DNA of 59,606 nt. It comes from Bacilli bacterium (lineage in GTDB: Bacteria; Bacillota_I; Bacilli_A; RFN20; CAG-826). Positions 1-10,660 of this stretch are shown here, piece by piece. The stretch spans positions 1-59,606 of the forward strand of contig JAILBR010000063.1 of assembly GCA_024680795.1 (NCBI GenBank), read 5' to 3'. The notes beneath the pieces are model-generated. The model searched no databases. It was not told the origin of the DNA and saw nothing but the letters and a program-made list of their open reading frames with translations. Positions within the stretch are counted from its first letter, which is position 1. Each line of letters begins with the position of its first letter. A program made the translations under genes and the position numbers.

Positions 1-1480
1 ACTTCAAAGCTTTCTTATATTGTTCGATTGTGTAATACATGCCAATCGTACAGTGTCTAGCGTAGAAATACGCTTCGCCTTTCTTTAGACGCACATCTAA
101 TTCTAGAAGATGTTGCTCTAATCTTCTAGCATCTTTTTCATCTAGTTCTTTTGGAATATAGCTGACTGCTAGTTCGGCTTTTTCTGGTTCTGGTTCTGGA
201 AGTTCCTTAATAACTGAAACTTCTTGAACTTTCTTTTCTACTACAGTAGAAACTTCTTTCTTCTTTTCTTCCTCGACTGTCTTTTCTTCCTTGACAGGTT
301 CTGGCTCAACTTGTGGTTCTTCTTCAACAACTGGAATTGGCTCCATTTCTTCTTCTTTTTCCTCTTCAGGCTCGTCGAATAATGAAACAGTTTCCACTTT
401 CTTTTCTTCTACTGGGGTTGGTTTTGGTTTTTCTTCTACCTTTTTAACTTCAGGAACTGGAGCAGGTTTTTCTTCCTTAACAGGTTCATCAGTTTTGAAG
501 AAGTCATTTCTTATCTCGCTAGCGAGATATTCTTTCATGACATCATAGACATCATCTAAATTATGATCGAATAAAGAAACAAATGGAGACACTAAATAAG
601 TGACATCCGCACTATTTCTAACATCAGAGAAGATTCTATTTAAAGAACTTTCTTTTTCTAACGCAAAAGGTTCAATTGGTAACAAGACTCCAAATTCCCA
701 CATTGAGAAGTGAGCAAAAACGCTTTTAGCGAGTAAAAAAGCGATTTCTTGATTGAAATCATTAAAAGGATAAACGTATAAGACGTAATAATAAGTGATT
801 AAAGCTTTATTTAATGGACTGAGGGTACTAGATTCAATAAATGAGAATAAAGATTCCATCATAGGTTCAACTAAACGGCATGGGGCTTTGCTATAGCTAC
901 GTCCGACAAGAGCTATTGAGCCTAAATCATTGATATCACTATCTCTATAAAAGTAGGTTAGTTCAGAAATTCCAGTGACTCTCGAATATAATTCCGCTAA
1001 AAAATCGACATCGATCTTATTGACATATCTTTCTTGGATAAATTGAAGCGCACTATAGTAATTTAAGAGTCTCTCTTCATTTTCATCGAATGGGTTTTCA
1101 GAAGTAATAACTCTTCTTAGTCTTTGGCCATCAATTTCAATATTTAGATATTTGGATAATGATTCCAAAGCGTTAGATTCTAAAGTTAAGGTGAAATGTT
1201 GTTTATTTCCGTTGACCTCGCTTAGCTTATTAAAATCATTTAAAAGCTTAACTAGCTTACTTTCTACTTGGAGACATTTGCTTGCAAGAGTTGGATATAA
1301 ACATAAGTTTAAATTTCTTCCCCCGATATCTTTTAAGGATAAAACATTATTAAATGTGGAACGATAGTTAACAACTTTCTTCCACATGTCATCTGGAACA
1401 ACGATGCCTAGCTCGTTGCCCATCTCTTTACGAGATGTATATTTAAGTTCTGTAAACTCAATCGCATTATCTTTTGGCAT
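1..1480 (-). CDS. Fic-fold protein with degenerate active site, acidic Pro/Glu/Lys linker and probable C-terminal HTH (3'-truncated by window edge; absent from ORF track)
   Basis: Manual translation from ATG at 1480 (GAGG upstream): MPKDNAIEFTELKYTSRKE...LSPLNKALITYYYVLYVYPFNDFNQEIAFLL..., which aligns with the Fic consensus LHPLxxAAxxHxxFxxIHPFxDGNGRxxRLL. The frame stays open to base 1 (...RHCTIGMYYTIEQYKKALK). Confidence 0.75.
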   Translation of the reverse strand, partial: MPKDNAIEFTELKYTSRKEMGNELGIVVPDDMWKKVVNYRSTFNNVLSLKDIGGRNLNLCLYPTLASKCLQVESKLVKLLNDFNKLSEVNGNKQHFTLTLESNALESLSKYLNIEIDGQRLRRVITSENPFDENEERLLNYYSALQFIQERYVNKIDVDFLAELYSRVTGISELTYFYRDSDINDLGSIALVGRSYSKAPCRLVEPMMESLFSFIESSTLSPLNKALITYYYVLYVYPFNDFNQEIAFLLAKSVFAHFSMWEFGVLLPIEPFALEKESSLNRIFSDVRNSADVTYLVSPFVSLFDHNLDDVYDVMKEYLASEIRNDFFKTDEPVKEEKPAPVPEVKKVEEKPKPTPVEEKKVETVSLFDEPEEEKEEEMEPIPVVEEEPQVEPEPVKEEKTVEEEKKKEVSTVVEKKVQEVSVIKELPEPEPEKAELAVSYIPKELDEKDARRLEQHLLELDVRLKKGEAYFYARHCTIGMYYTIEQYKKALK

Positions 1481-1538
1481 AAATCTTTACCTCTGCTTTT
1501 ATTTTAATCGAATATATCTTGTTATACAAGCATTAACT

Positions 1539-1570
1539 AAAAAACTACTAATTATTCACTAACTAGTAGT
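1539..1570 (-). terminator. Intrinsic terminator after lepA
   Basis: Minus strand ACTACTAGTTA-GTGAA-TAATTAGTAGT followed by a T run. Confidence 0.7.
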
Positions 1571-1572
1571 CT

Positions 1573-3384
1573 TTATTCTTCGTCATCTATAGCGAGGATT
1601 GACATGAATGCTTCTTGTGGAACTTCGACAGATCCAACCTTCTTCATCCTCTTCTTTCCTTCTTTTTGTTTCTCTAGAAGTTTCTTCTTACGTGAGATAT
1701 CACCGCCATAACATTTAGCAAGAACGTCTTTCCTAACTGCTTTAACATCCACACGTGCAATTATCTTTCCACCGATAGCAGCTTGAATTGGGATTTCGAA
1801 TTGCTGTCTAGGAATAACGGTTTTTATCTTTCTAATAATTGCTAAACCACGATTATAAGCATTTGGTCTATATACTATAGAGCTAAGCGCATCGACCACT
1901 TGTCCATTTAATAAGACATCCATTTTTACTAGGTCATTTGGACGATAAATAGATAGCTCATAGTCGAAGGAAGCATATCCTTTTGTGTAGCTCTTTAATT
2001 TATCAAAGAAATTGTAAACAATTTCCGCAAGAGGAAGTTCATAAACCAAAATCATTCTAGTGTCATCGAAGTACTGTAAATCTTGATATAGTCCTCTTCT
2101 TTCTTGGCATAATTCCATGATTGGACCAACATATTCTTTTGGAGTCATGATTTCCGCTCTGACATATGGCTCTTCGATTCTATCAATCTTAGATGAGTCA
2201 GGAAGTTCAGCAGGATTATCAATCCTCATCATCGTTCCGTCAGTTAAATAAACGTGATAAATGACGCTTGGAGCGGTCAAAATAAGGTCAAGATCATATT
2301 CTCTTTCAAGTCTTTCTTGGATGACATCCATATGTAATAGTCCTAAGAAGCCACATCTAAATCCAAAGCCTAAGGCTTGAGATGTCTCTGGAACAAATTG
2401 TAAGGATGCATCGTTTAATTCTAACTTTTCCAAAGCATCTTTAAGATCTTGATAATCATCACTTTCAACAGGATATAAGCCACAGTACACCATCGGATTG
2501 ATATCTCGATATCCAGGTAATGCTTCTTTAGCAGGATTGTCAAAACATGTGACAGTATCACCAGGTCTAACATCTTTGATGTCTTTAATTTGTGCGCAAA
2601 TATATCCGACTTGTCCGCACTTGAGCTCTTTGAGCTTAAGTTCATCAGGAGTTCTAATGCCGAGTTCGGTTACAAAGTAATCTTTTCCCGATTGCATCAA
2701 CTTAATGTGGTCTCCAACGGATACACTGCCGTCTTTTATTCTTACAAGAATAACAACACCACGATATGGATCATAGTAACTATCAAATATTAGAGCTTTT
2801 AAAGGAGCATTTTCATCTCCATTAGGAGCAGGAATCTCTTTAACAATTGCTTCTAATAGTTCATGAATATGAAAGCCGGTCTTAGCGGATACTTCCACAC
2901 TCTTTTCACTCGAGATACCAATACGTTTTTCGATTTCTTCTCTAGCCCATTCTGGCATCGCACTAGGTAAATCAACTTTGTTGATTACTGGTAAAATTTC
3001 TAAGTCGTTATCCACTGCTAAATAGACATTAGCAAGTGTTTGAGCTTCTACTCCTTGGGTGGCATCCACTACTAAAACTGCACCTTCACACGCAGCTAAG
3101 GAACGTGACACTTCATAAGTGAAGTCAACATGCCCAGGAGTGTCAATTAAGTTGAAGATATATGTCTCACCATCATCGGCGGTGTAGGATAATGTAACCG
3201 CATTTAATTTGATGGTAATTCCTCTTTCTCTTTCTAGGTCCATTGAATCCAAAATCTGGTCTTTCATCTCACGAGAAGAGATAGCACCAGTCGACTCTAA
3301 AATACGATCAGCTAGCGTGGACTTGCCATGATCGATATGAGCGATGATTGAGAAGTTTCTTGTTTTCTTTTGATTGAATTCCAT
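1573..3384 (-). CDS. lepA: Elongation factor 4 (LepA)
   Basis: [28 protein letters not shown]-terminal [30 protein letters not shown]. Confidence 0.99.
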   Translation of the reverse strand: MEFNQKKTRNFSIIAHIDHGKSTLADRILESTGAISSREMKDQILDSMDLERERGITIKLNAVTLSYTADDGETYIFNLIDTPGHVDFTYEVSRSLAACEGAVLVVDATQGVEAQTLANVYLAVDNDLEILPVINKVDLPSAMPEWAREEIEKRIGISSEKSVEVSAKTGFHIHELLEAIVKEIPAPNGDENAPLKALIFDSYYDPYRGVVILVRIKDGSVSVGDHIKLMQSGKDYFVTELGIRTPDELKLKELKCGQVGYICAQIKDIKDVRPGDTVTCFDNPAKEALPGYRDINPMVYCGLYPVESDDYQDLKDALEKLELNDASLQFVPETSQALGFGFRCGFLGLLHMDVIQERLEREYDLDLILTAPSVIYHVYLTDGTMMRIDNPAELPDSSKIDRIEEPYVRAEIMTPKEYVGPIMELCQERRGLYQDLQYFDDTRMILVYELPLAEIVYNFFDKLKSYTKGYASFDYELSIYRPNDLVKMDVLLNGQVVDALSSIVYRPNAYNRGLAIIRKIKTVIPRQQFEIPIQAAIGGKIIARVDVKAVRKDVLAKCYGGDISRKKKLLEKQKEGKKRMKKVGSVEVPQEAFMSILAIDDEE

Positions 3385-3410
3385 ATTTTTCGAGAAATTA
3401 TAACACTATA

Positions 3411-5747
3411 TTAGTGTTTAAAAAACTTTTTTATCGTTTTATTTAAATCATCCGTGTTCATAATGACCTCATAATCCTTCCATTCATCTCTAAAGAGGTC
3501 TTGATACGCTCTAGTCATATATCTCTCATCGATAAGAAGAGCGACACCACGGTCATTTTCGCTTCTGATTAATCTTCCCACCGCCTGCATGATTTTATTC
3601 ATACCCGGGAAAACATAGGCGTAATTATATCCATCTAAGTCTATAGACTTAAAGTATTCCACTATCTTGTTACTTTCATAATTAATTTTGCTTAGTCCAA
3701 TACCAACAATGACTAGTCCAATTAATCTATCACTTACTAGATCAATTCCTTCACCAAACGCTCCTCCAACAATCGCTAGAGCGACATGTGTGCTATTAGG
3801 ATTCTCTTGGAAGTTAGCTAAAAATAATTCCTTATCGTAGTCAGACATATCTTTCTTTTGCACATGCAAAGTAACATCAGTAGGCAAATCTAGATATTCA
3901 AGCAGTCTTTCTTGATATTCATAGCTAGGGAGATAAACAAAGTAGTTACCGACTTTATGTGAAATAAATGCCTTGATATAATCAGCAACTTCTTGATACG
4001 TCTTTTCTCTATTTTTATATTTAATCGATATTTTAGGTGCCACTAAAATCTTTAGATTTTCGCTTGGGAAAGGAGAGTCTAAAGACAAGCGAGGGGAATT
4101 ACTATCTCCACCCAAAACATTGATATAGTAGTCGATTGGAGATAAGGTTGCAGAGAATAATACCGCGCCTTTAATACGATTTAAAATGCTTTTTAGATAT
4201 TTAGAAGCATCTAGGCATAGAAGATTTAAAGTTAAACTGCCTTCTTCGACGTGAACATAAAATAAGTAGTTATCTGAGAATAATTCAGATATTCTCTTAA
4301 AGCGATTGACTTCCAAATATAATGATGTCATCTCTTTAGAGATGTCCTTGTTGTCTTCTTTGTTAACTTCTTGATAAGTATTTACAAAATATTCCAAGTC
4401 ACGCATATCTTTGATATCTAGATCAATAAATTCGTGCTCGCCATCTTCAAGTTCTTCGTATCTAGAAAACATCTTTTTCATTCTGGAAAGCATAGTTTTA
4501 AGTTTTTTATTCTTTGTGCCACGTAAACTCTTCTTCGCATCATCAAGATATTTTCTATCTAAAGATGCGCTATACATATCTCTACTTCTTGAGATAAGGT
4601 TATGTGCCTCATCCACCAAAGCTAGATAATGGCTAGAGTCTTCATCAAAGAACCTTTTCATATATGAAACAGGGTCAAATAGATAGTTATAGTCACAAAT
4701 AATAACGTCAGAAAATAGAGATAAATCTAGTTCAAACTCAAAGGGACAAATCTCATATTTCTTTGCCATATAGACAATAGTCTCATAGTCGAAATCATCA
4801 AAAGAAAGTAGAGATTCTTTGATGACATTTTTGATTTTGTTATAGTAGCCTCTGGCAAATGGACATTCGTCAGGATTACACGCTGATTCTTTGCAAAAGC
4901 AAATCTTCTCCTTGGCGGTTATTAAAATATTAGTTAAAAATAATCCGTTTTCTTTTAAAATCTTAACGGCGTTATGAGCGTTAAGTTTTCCACTATTTTT
5001 GGCTGTAAGATAAAAAATCTTAGCCTTTTCATCATCTTTAATCGCTTTGATAAAAGGATATAAGGTTGACATCGTCTTTCCAATGCCGGTTGGAGCTTCT
5101 ACAAAGAAAGAACCACCATTAATTGCAACCGAATAAGAATATTTAGCTAATTCTCTTTGACCTTTGCGATAGTTATCAAATGGGAAATCAAGGGTAGCAA
5201 TCGTCTTATCACGGTTCTCCATTGCCCTTAAAATAATGTTATAAAATTCGATATATTCGCTGACTAGATCATAGATATCTCTCTCTAAATCATCAAATAA
5301 GAATGTATAGCTATCGAATAATTTCTCACTGGTTTTGCCTTGTCTGATATATGTTAATTTTACTGATATAGACGAAAGTTTTCTCTCTTTTGCAAATAGA
5401 TATGCATAGCATTTTGCTTGGCCTAGATGCCATTCAATATTCGCATCTCTAAACTCTTTTAAATCGATGACAGTTGTCTTAATTTCATCAATTGTGTATT
5501 CACCATCTTTGACGATGATGCCATCTGCTCTACCTTGTAATGTGACAGCAATTTCATCAACCATGATTGTATCTTTTAAAGGGTATTCAGAGATATAATC
5601 ATCTCCTTGTTTAGATTGATATAAAGCATGCAACAATGTGCCTTCTTGCATCGAAGAACGATTAAAAATGCGATTATCGATATCGCCTTTTCTTAAAAGA
5701 AAGTCCACTAGTTGGTGGACGGAAAGTTCAATCTTTTTTTCTTTCAT
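3411..5747 (-). CDS. XPD/DinG-family Fe-S DNA helicase with N-terminal RecB/Cas4-like PD-(D/E)xK nuclease domain
   Basis: Nuclease: GTLLH...GRADG...IDEIKT...QAKCYAY. Helicase: EAPTGIGKT, Cys cluster KICFC..CNPDECP..CPFE, DEAHN, SATLSP, QAVGRLIRSENDRG. Confidence 0.88.
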   Translation of the reverse strand: MKEKKIELSVHQLVDFLLRKGDIDNRIFNRSSMQEGTLLHALYQSKQGDDYISEYPLKDTIMVDEIAVTLQGRADGIIVKDGEYTIDEIKTTVIDLKEFRDANIEWHLGQAKCYAYLFAKERKLSSISVKLTYIRQGKTSEKLFDSYTFLFDDLERDIYDLVSEYIEFYNIILRAMENRDKTIATLDFPFDNYRKGQRELAKYSYSVAINGGSFFVEAPTGIGKTMSTLYPFIKAIKDDEKAKIFYLTAKNSGKLNAHNAVKILKENGLFLTNILITAKEKICFCKESACNPDECPFARGYYNKIKNVIKESLLSFDDFDYETIVYMAKKYEICPFEFELDLSLFSDVIICDYNYLFDPVSYMKRFFDEDSSHYLALVDEAHNLISRSRDMYSASLDRKYLDDAKKSLRGTKNKKLKTMLSRMKKMFSRYEELEDGEHEFIDLDIKDMRDLEYFVNTYQEVNKEDNKDISKEMTSLYLEVNRFKRISELFSDNYLFYVHVEEGSLTLNLLCLDASKYLKSILNRIKGAVLFSATLSPIDYYINVLGGDSNSPRLSLDSPFPSENLKILVAPKISIKYKNREKTYQEVADYIKAFISHKVGNYFVYLPSYEYQERLLEYLDLPTDVTLHVQKKDMSDYDKELFLANFQENPNSTHVALAIVGGAFGEGIDLVSDRLIGLVIVGIGLSKINYESNKIVEYFKSIDLDGYNYAYVFPGMNKIMQAVGRLIRSENDRGVALLIDERYMTRAYQDLFRDEWKDYEVIMNTDDLNKTIKKFFKH

Positions 5748-5748
5748 G

Positions 5749-6687
5749 TTACTTCAGCACTTTGCCTACCAAATCACGGTTGCCGTTAATAAAGGGCTTA
5801 TAGTCCATTTTATTTTTACCCTCTTTTTGGATAATTAAGAGGTTCAATAATCCATTAATGGTTTGTAAATATAAGCCACCTTTATCAGCTTTTACTATTT
5901 CACCAACTTGGCCAATAATATCATCACTAACGATTGAAGATTTGTAAATCTTAAACTTTTGTTCATCTAAGTATAAATATGCTCCTGGTTCGTCACTAAG
6001 GGCTCTTATATAACCAAATAGCTGTTCTTTTGTTTTGTTTAAATCTAGTTTTTCTTCTTCTGGCTTGATGGTTGGACAAAACGTCACTAAAGATTCATCT
6101 TGTGGTTCACCAGGAAGTTCTCCATTTATGTATTTTGGTAACGCTCTTCTGATTAAAGTTAAAGCAGCATCACCCATCTTATTAAATAAACTGGTTGAAT
6201 TGTCTTCGCTAGAAATTTCCACTAGTTCTTTATCATACATTTCCCCAGCGTCCATCTCTTTGACCATCTTCATTAAAGTCATGCCAGTCACTTTTTCATT
6301 ATTGATTAAAGCGTATTGAATCGGAGCAGCTCCACGATATTTTGGAAGTAAACTTCCATGGAGATTGATACATCCAATAGTTGGAATATCCAATAGACCT
6401 TGAGGGACGATTTGACCATACGCTAAAGTGACAATTACATCAGGAGCGAGGTCTTTAACAAATTCATATTCTTTTCTTATTTTCTCTGGTTGATAGACCG
6501 GGATATTATGTTCTAAGGCTACTACTTTAGTAGGGACAGGCATCAAAATCTTCTTTCTGCCGACCGGACGATCAGGTTGAGCGATCAAAGCCACAATATT
6601 AAAGCCATCTTCAATTAATCCTTTGAAGACTTTGGCACTGATGTCTGGAGTTCCCATAAAGATGATTCTAGCTTTTTTACTATCCAT
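5749..6687 (-). CDS. fmt: Methionyl-tRNA formyltransferase
   Basis: IIFMGTPD, QPDRPVGR, INLHGSLLPKYRGAAPIQ. Confidence 0.98.
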   Translation of the reverse strand: MDSKKARIIFMGTPDISAKVFKGLIEDGFNIVALIAQPDRPVGRKKILMPVPTKVVALEHNIPVYQPEKIRKEYEFVKDLAPDVIVTLAYGQIVPQGLLDIPTIGCINLHGSLLPKYRGAAPIQYALINNEKVTGMTLMKMVKEMDAGEMYDKELVEISSEDNSTSLFNKMGDAALTLIRRALPKYINGELPGEPQDESLVTFCPTIKPEEEKLDLNKTKEQLFGYIRALSDEPGAYLYLDEQKFKIYKSSIVSDDIIGQVGEIVKADKGGLYLQTINGLLNLLIIQKEGKNKMDYKPFINGNRDLVGKVLK

Positions 6688-6773
6688 AATTCTTAAGCCT
6701 TGGACATTATAACGTAAAAATATAAGTTTTTATAGTTATATATAAAAGAAGCAAGTAAAATAGATATGCATTT

Positions 6774-7235
6774 ATGAAGTATTTAGTGGTAAGTGACGCA
6801 CATGGGAATGTCGAATTAATGCAAGAACTAGTCAAAGAATATCCAAAAGTAGATGGATATCTCGACGCTGGCGATAGCATGTCCGATAGTTATTCCATCC
6901 AACCTTTTAGGTCAGTCAAAGGGAACTGCGATTATTTTCCTTTTGATGAAAAAGCCTTAATTAGAAATAAAGGTGGCAATATCTTTATGAGACATCTACC
7001 CTACATCTCTATGCAAGAGAGTAACGACATCACTATCTTTATCCACGGACATACTCATCGATATAAGATTGAGCAAAAAGACAAGTTGATTGTCTTATGC
7101 CCGGGAGCGTTATCTCGTCCACGTGACGATTCTAATGGCAGTTTTGCGATTTTAGATATCAAAGAGGGAGAAATAAATATCGATATCATCGATGTTTTCA
7201 CAAAAAAGATACTATTAAATTTTCATTTAATGTAA
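6774..7235 (+). CDS. YfcE/YsnB-family metallophosphoesterase
   Basis: SDAHGN, AGD, VKGNCD, HGHTH, PGALSRPR motifs. Confidence 0.9.
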   Translation: MKYLVVSDAHGNVELMQELVKEYPKVDGYLDAGDSMSDSYSIQPFRSVKGNCDYFPFDEKALIRNKGGNIFMRHLPYISMQESNDITIFIHGHTHRYKIEQKDKLIVLCPGALSRPRDDSNGSFAILDIKEGEINIDIIDVFTKKILLNFHLM

Positions 7236-7260
7236 AATAATCATTTGAGGAGGGAACAAC

Positions 7261-9252
7261 ATGTATCCTGAATATAAGAAAGTTAAAGCATGTGCAGAAG
7301 AAGCTAACTTACTTCTCAACACATCAAAAACAATGGAAGACATATTCAATCTTTCCACCGGAAGAAATGTTGGTAGAACCGCAGTCACCTACATCAACTC
7401 CAAAGGTAAATTAAAAAAGTACAATTATTCACGTTTTAGAAAGCACGCCTACGAAATCGGCTCCATCCTTTCTAACTTCATGATTCAGCAACCTAAAAAT
7501 GTCCCAATCGTGTTAAAGGCCGCTAATGGACCACACTGGGGCGAAATCTTCTGGGCCATCTTAATGTGTGGTTATAAACCACTATTAATCGATGCTAAAA
7601 CAAGTAAAGAAGGCACAGAAAACTTAATTAGACAAGCGAAAGCTGCTGCTATCATAACTGATGATTCATATAATTATGAAGTTCAAAAGTTCTCATTGCA
7701 TGACATCTTAGAAGAAAAATCTACTTATTCATTCTCCCCAATATGGGAAAACGAAGTCATCTTCTGTTCCAGTGGTACTACTGGTGACGTCAAAATGATG
7801 GTCTTCAATGGCGAAAACTTATGCTGCCAAATCTTAGCGGCATTAGATTTTGCAGAAACAAGTAAAGATTTACTTTATCCAAAATCAATGGGACCATTAA
7901 AAGTCTTAGCAATGATTCCATTCCACCACATCTTTGGTTTTGTGGCAACCTTCCTATGGTACTTCTATTATGGCGCAAACTTCGTGTTTGTCCGTTCCTT
8001 AGCACCAAGCGAAGTTCAGTCAATCTCTCAAAGAGTTGGTGTTACTCACGTCTTCTCTGTCCCACTATTCTGGGATGCAATGGCCCAAGGCATTGAAAGA
8101 CAAAAGAATATGGAAACTCCTGCTAAACAAGCCTATATTAACCAATTAATTGGTTATAACACCGGCAAAATCTCTAGAGCAGAAGCTGGACCATATAAGA
8201 CAGTTCAAAAAGTCTTACAATCTAAATTATTAGGTACAAAAGTTAAATTCTGTATCTCTGGTGGTGGCTACTTAAGTGGTAAAACACAAACTGTCATCAA
8301 TGGTATCGGTTATCCTTTATATAACGGATATGGTATGACCGAAATCGGTATTACTTCTGTTGAACTTTCACCAGTCGTTGAAACCAGATTAAAAGGATCT
8401 ATTGGTATTCCATTCCATGGCGTTTCTTATAAAATCGTCTCTAATGGCAAAGATAAGAAAACTGGCGAATTATGGATTAAGAGTGGCATCACTCACGTCA
8501 GAGAAATTATCGGTGGGGTCGAAAAAGAAACCGAACTCGATAAAGAAGGATATTTCGCAAGTGGCGATATCGCAGAAGTCGACGCAACTAATAGATATTA
8601 CTTAAAAGGTCGTATTAAAGATATCATCATTAACGCTGATGGTGAAAATATCTATCCAGATGAACTTGAAATTTATTTCAGAAAATTAAAACACGTCAAT
8701 AACTTATGTGTTTTAGGTATCAATGTCAAAGGCACAACCAACCAAAAGATTGTCTGTGCATTCGAAGTCGACAATAGCATCAGCGATGCTGAACTCGAAG
8801 AACTCAAAAAAGAAGCAAAGGCTATCGGCCAAGACTTACCAAAAGGCACAAAGATTACCGACTTCTACTTCGCAAGGAAGAAACTCCCAATTGCTAACAA
8901 CATGAAAGTTAAACGTTTCGTGGTTAAGAAAGCAATCGAATCAAAATCTGAAGATTACATCTCATTCGATTATAAGAAAGAAACTAAATCCAGCAAGACT
9001 TTCGATCAAAAGACTGTCGAAACCATCTTAGAACCAATGAGAGAAATCTTCTCTAAAATCCTCATTCTTCCAAAATTCAAAATCGAAGATGATGCACACT
9101 GGGTCAATGATTTAGGTGGCGATTCCATGAGTTATGTGGAATTAATCACCACAGTTCAAGAACGCTTTGATGTCGTTATCCCAGAAGAATTATATGGACA
9201 ACTTGCAACTGTTAACGACTTTACAGAAGAAGTTGCAAAACTTTTGAAGTAA
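7261..9252 (+). CDS. AMP-binding long-chain acyl ligase fused to C-terminal acyl carrier protein domain
   Basis: A3 motif FCSSGTTGDVK, GYGMTE, SGD, GRIKD. The C-terminal DLGGDSMSYVEL is a phosphopantetheine-attachment motif. Strong SD (GAGGAGG). Confidence 0.88.
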   Translation: MYPEYKKVKACAEEANLLLNTSKTMEDIFNLSTGRNVGRTAVTYINSKGKLKKYNYSRFRKHAYEIGSILSNFMIQQPKNVPIVLKAANGPHWGEIFWAILMCGYKPLLIDAKTSKEGTENLIRQAKAAAIITDDSYNYEVQKFSLHDILEEKSTYSFSPIWENEVIFCSSGTTGDVKMMVFNGENLCCQILAALDFAETSKDLLYPKSMGPLKVLAMIPFHHIFGFVATFLWYFYYGANFVFVRSLAPSEVQSISQRVGVTHVFSVPLFWDAMAQGIERQKNMETPAKQAYINQLIGYNTGKISRAEAGPYKTVQKVLQSKLLGTKVKFCISGGGYLSGKTQTVINGIGYPLYNGYGMTEIGITSVELSPVVETRLKGSIGIPFHGVSYKIVSNGKDKKTGELWIKSGITHVREIIGGVEKETELDKEGYFASGDIAEVDATNRYYLKGRIKDIIINADGENIYPDELEIYFRKLKHVNNLCVLGINVKGTTNQKIVCAFEVDNSISDAELEELKKEAKAIGQDLPKGTKITDFYFARKKLPIANNMKVKRFVVKKAIESKSEDYISFDYKKETKSSKTFDQKTVETILEPMREIFSKILILPKFKIEDDAHWVNDLGGDSMSYVELITTVQERFDVVIPEELYGQLATVNDFTEEVAKLLK

Positions 9253-9272
9253 TAATAATTTAAAAATTATAA

Positions 9273-9301
9273 TTGCATTATCATTACACTTTTAGTATGA
9301 T
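9273..9301 (+). promoter_or_regulatory. SigA-type promoter of rpsT
   Basis: TTGCAT-17 nt-TATGAT. Confidence 0.6.
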
Positions 9302-9337
9302 AATCAGCGACGCAAAAAAGAAGGTAAAATAAGAAAC

Positions 9338-9601
9338 ATGGCAAACATCAAATCACAAATCAAACGCAATCGTACAAACGAAGTCGCTCGTCAAAGAAAC
9401 AAATCTGCTAAGAGCGCAGTTAGAAACGCAATCAAAAAAGTCAAAGTAGCTGTTGAAGCAAAAGACTTAGAAAAAGCAGAATTAGCTTTAAAGCAAGCAT
9501 TACGTTTAATTGACAAATCTGTCTCTGATGGTATCCAACACAAAAATACCGCTGCAAGACAAAAGAGCGAAATTCAAAGACTTGTTAATTCTTTAAAATA
9601 A
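9338..9601 (+). CDS. rpsT: 30S ribosomal protein S20
   Basis: MANIKSQIKR...HKNTAARQKS. Confidence 0.99.
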   Translation: MANIKSQIKRNRTNEVARQRNKSAKSAVRNAIKKVKVAVEAKDLEKAELALKQALRLIDKSVSDGIQHKNTAARQKSEIQRLVNSLK

Positions 9602-9610
9602 TTACAGTTC

Positions 9611-10594
9611 TTAATTGCGTTTAAATTTAAGTAAAAATAATTCAAAAGCGTAAAAGCGGTCAACTCGACCGCTTTTTATTTCGAGGTCAAGGTTAAATAA
9701 ATCGTCTAAAGTACGGTTAACTGCTTTTTCACTTATCAAAGATAAGGATTTAGAAATAGCAAAAACTCTACCTGGTTTAATCTTTAATTCTTTAGCGGCT
9801 TCATCGGCGGTCATCTTTTTGACTCTTAAAAGATATCTAATTTGATTAATCATTCTAAACTGGTTAGCGAGTTGGCCGATCAAAGTCACTGGTTCAACAT
9901 TAGACACTCTTAAATCTCTAAATAAGTTAATCGCATCGGTATTTCTACCTTCTACTAGATAGTTTTGGATTAAGAAAGCATTATCATCTAACTTTCTAGT
10001 CACCATTTTAACGACGTCTTGATATCTGATGTGATCTGTATATAAAGTCAATTTTTCGATGCTATTTTTAAATAAAGCAACATCTCCATCAGTGCGGGCT
10101 GCTAACTCTCTTAAAGCATCTTTATCGATAACGATATTATATTTTTTTGTATAGGCGGCTATATATTCTAGAAAACTTTTTTCATCTGGGTCAGCAATCT
10201 CGATAACTTTAGTTTTTTCTTTTAATAAAGAAACAATCTCACCTTTTTCATCGATGCTGTCGGATGGAACTGATAATATAAAAGTCACTTCTTCCTCACC
10301 ATTTTCAGAAGAGATATAGTCTTTTAAAACTTGATAATCTTGATCAGCGTCGATTTTATTTTTTGGTTTTGGTTTAAGAAGGAAGTAGCAGTTTTCTAAA
10401 GACACTACTTTCTTATCATAACCTAAAGATACATAACGGCATTCATCTACTGCATCTTGCACCAAGATGTTATTTCCATCTAATTTGACATAGTTAAATT
10501 CATCAATCGTCATTCCTTCTAAGAACGCTTTAGTAATTTTCTTAATCTGACTTTTGATGGTTGGAGATTGGTTGCCGTAAATAAAATAAATCAT
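9611..10594 (-). CDS. holA: DNA polymerase III delta subunit
   Basis: Starts MIYFIYG (ATG 10594), EKLTLY, C-terminal DLEIKSG...FELF. Convergent with rpsT and near comEC, as is usual in Bacillota. Confidence 0.9.
   Translation of the reverse strand: MIYFIYGNQSPTIKSQIKKITKAFLEGMTIDEFNYVKLDGNNILVQDAVDECRYVSLGYDKKVVSLENCYFLLKPKPKNKIDADQDYQVLKDYISSENGEEEVTFILSVPSDSIDEKGEIVSLLKEKTKVIEIADPDEKSFLEYIAAYTKKYNIVIDKDALRELAARTDGDVALFKNSIEKLTLYTDHIRYQDVVKMVTRKLDDNAFLIQNYLVEGRNTDAINLFRDLRVSNVEPVTLIGQLANQFRMINQIRYLLRVKKMTADEAAKELKIKPGRVFAISKSLSLISEKAVNRTLDDLFNLDLEIKSGRVDRFYAFELFLLKFKRN
9652..9677 (+). terminator. rpsT terminator embedded antisense in the holA 3' coding region
   Basis: AAAAGCGGTC-AACTC-GACCGCTTTTT. 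Confidence 0.7.
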
Positions 10595-10660
10595 GTCCTT
10601 AATATTATATATAAAAAAATGAACACAATGGTTCATCTTTTTAAAATTGTTTTCTTGAGC

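Noticed and set aside
5200-5747. CRISPR-Cas locus suggested by the Cas4-like domain
   Set aside because: No repeat-spacer array or other cas genes were seen in the window.
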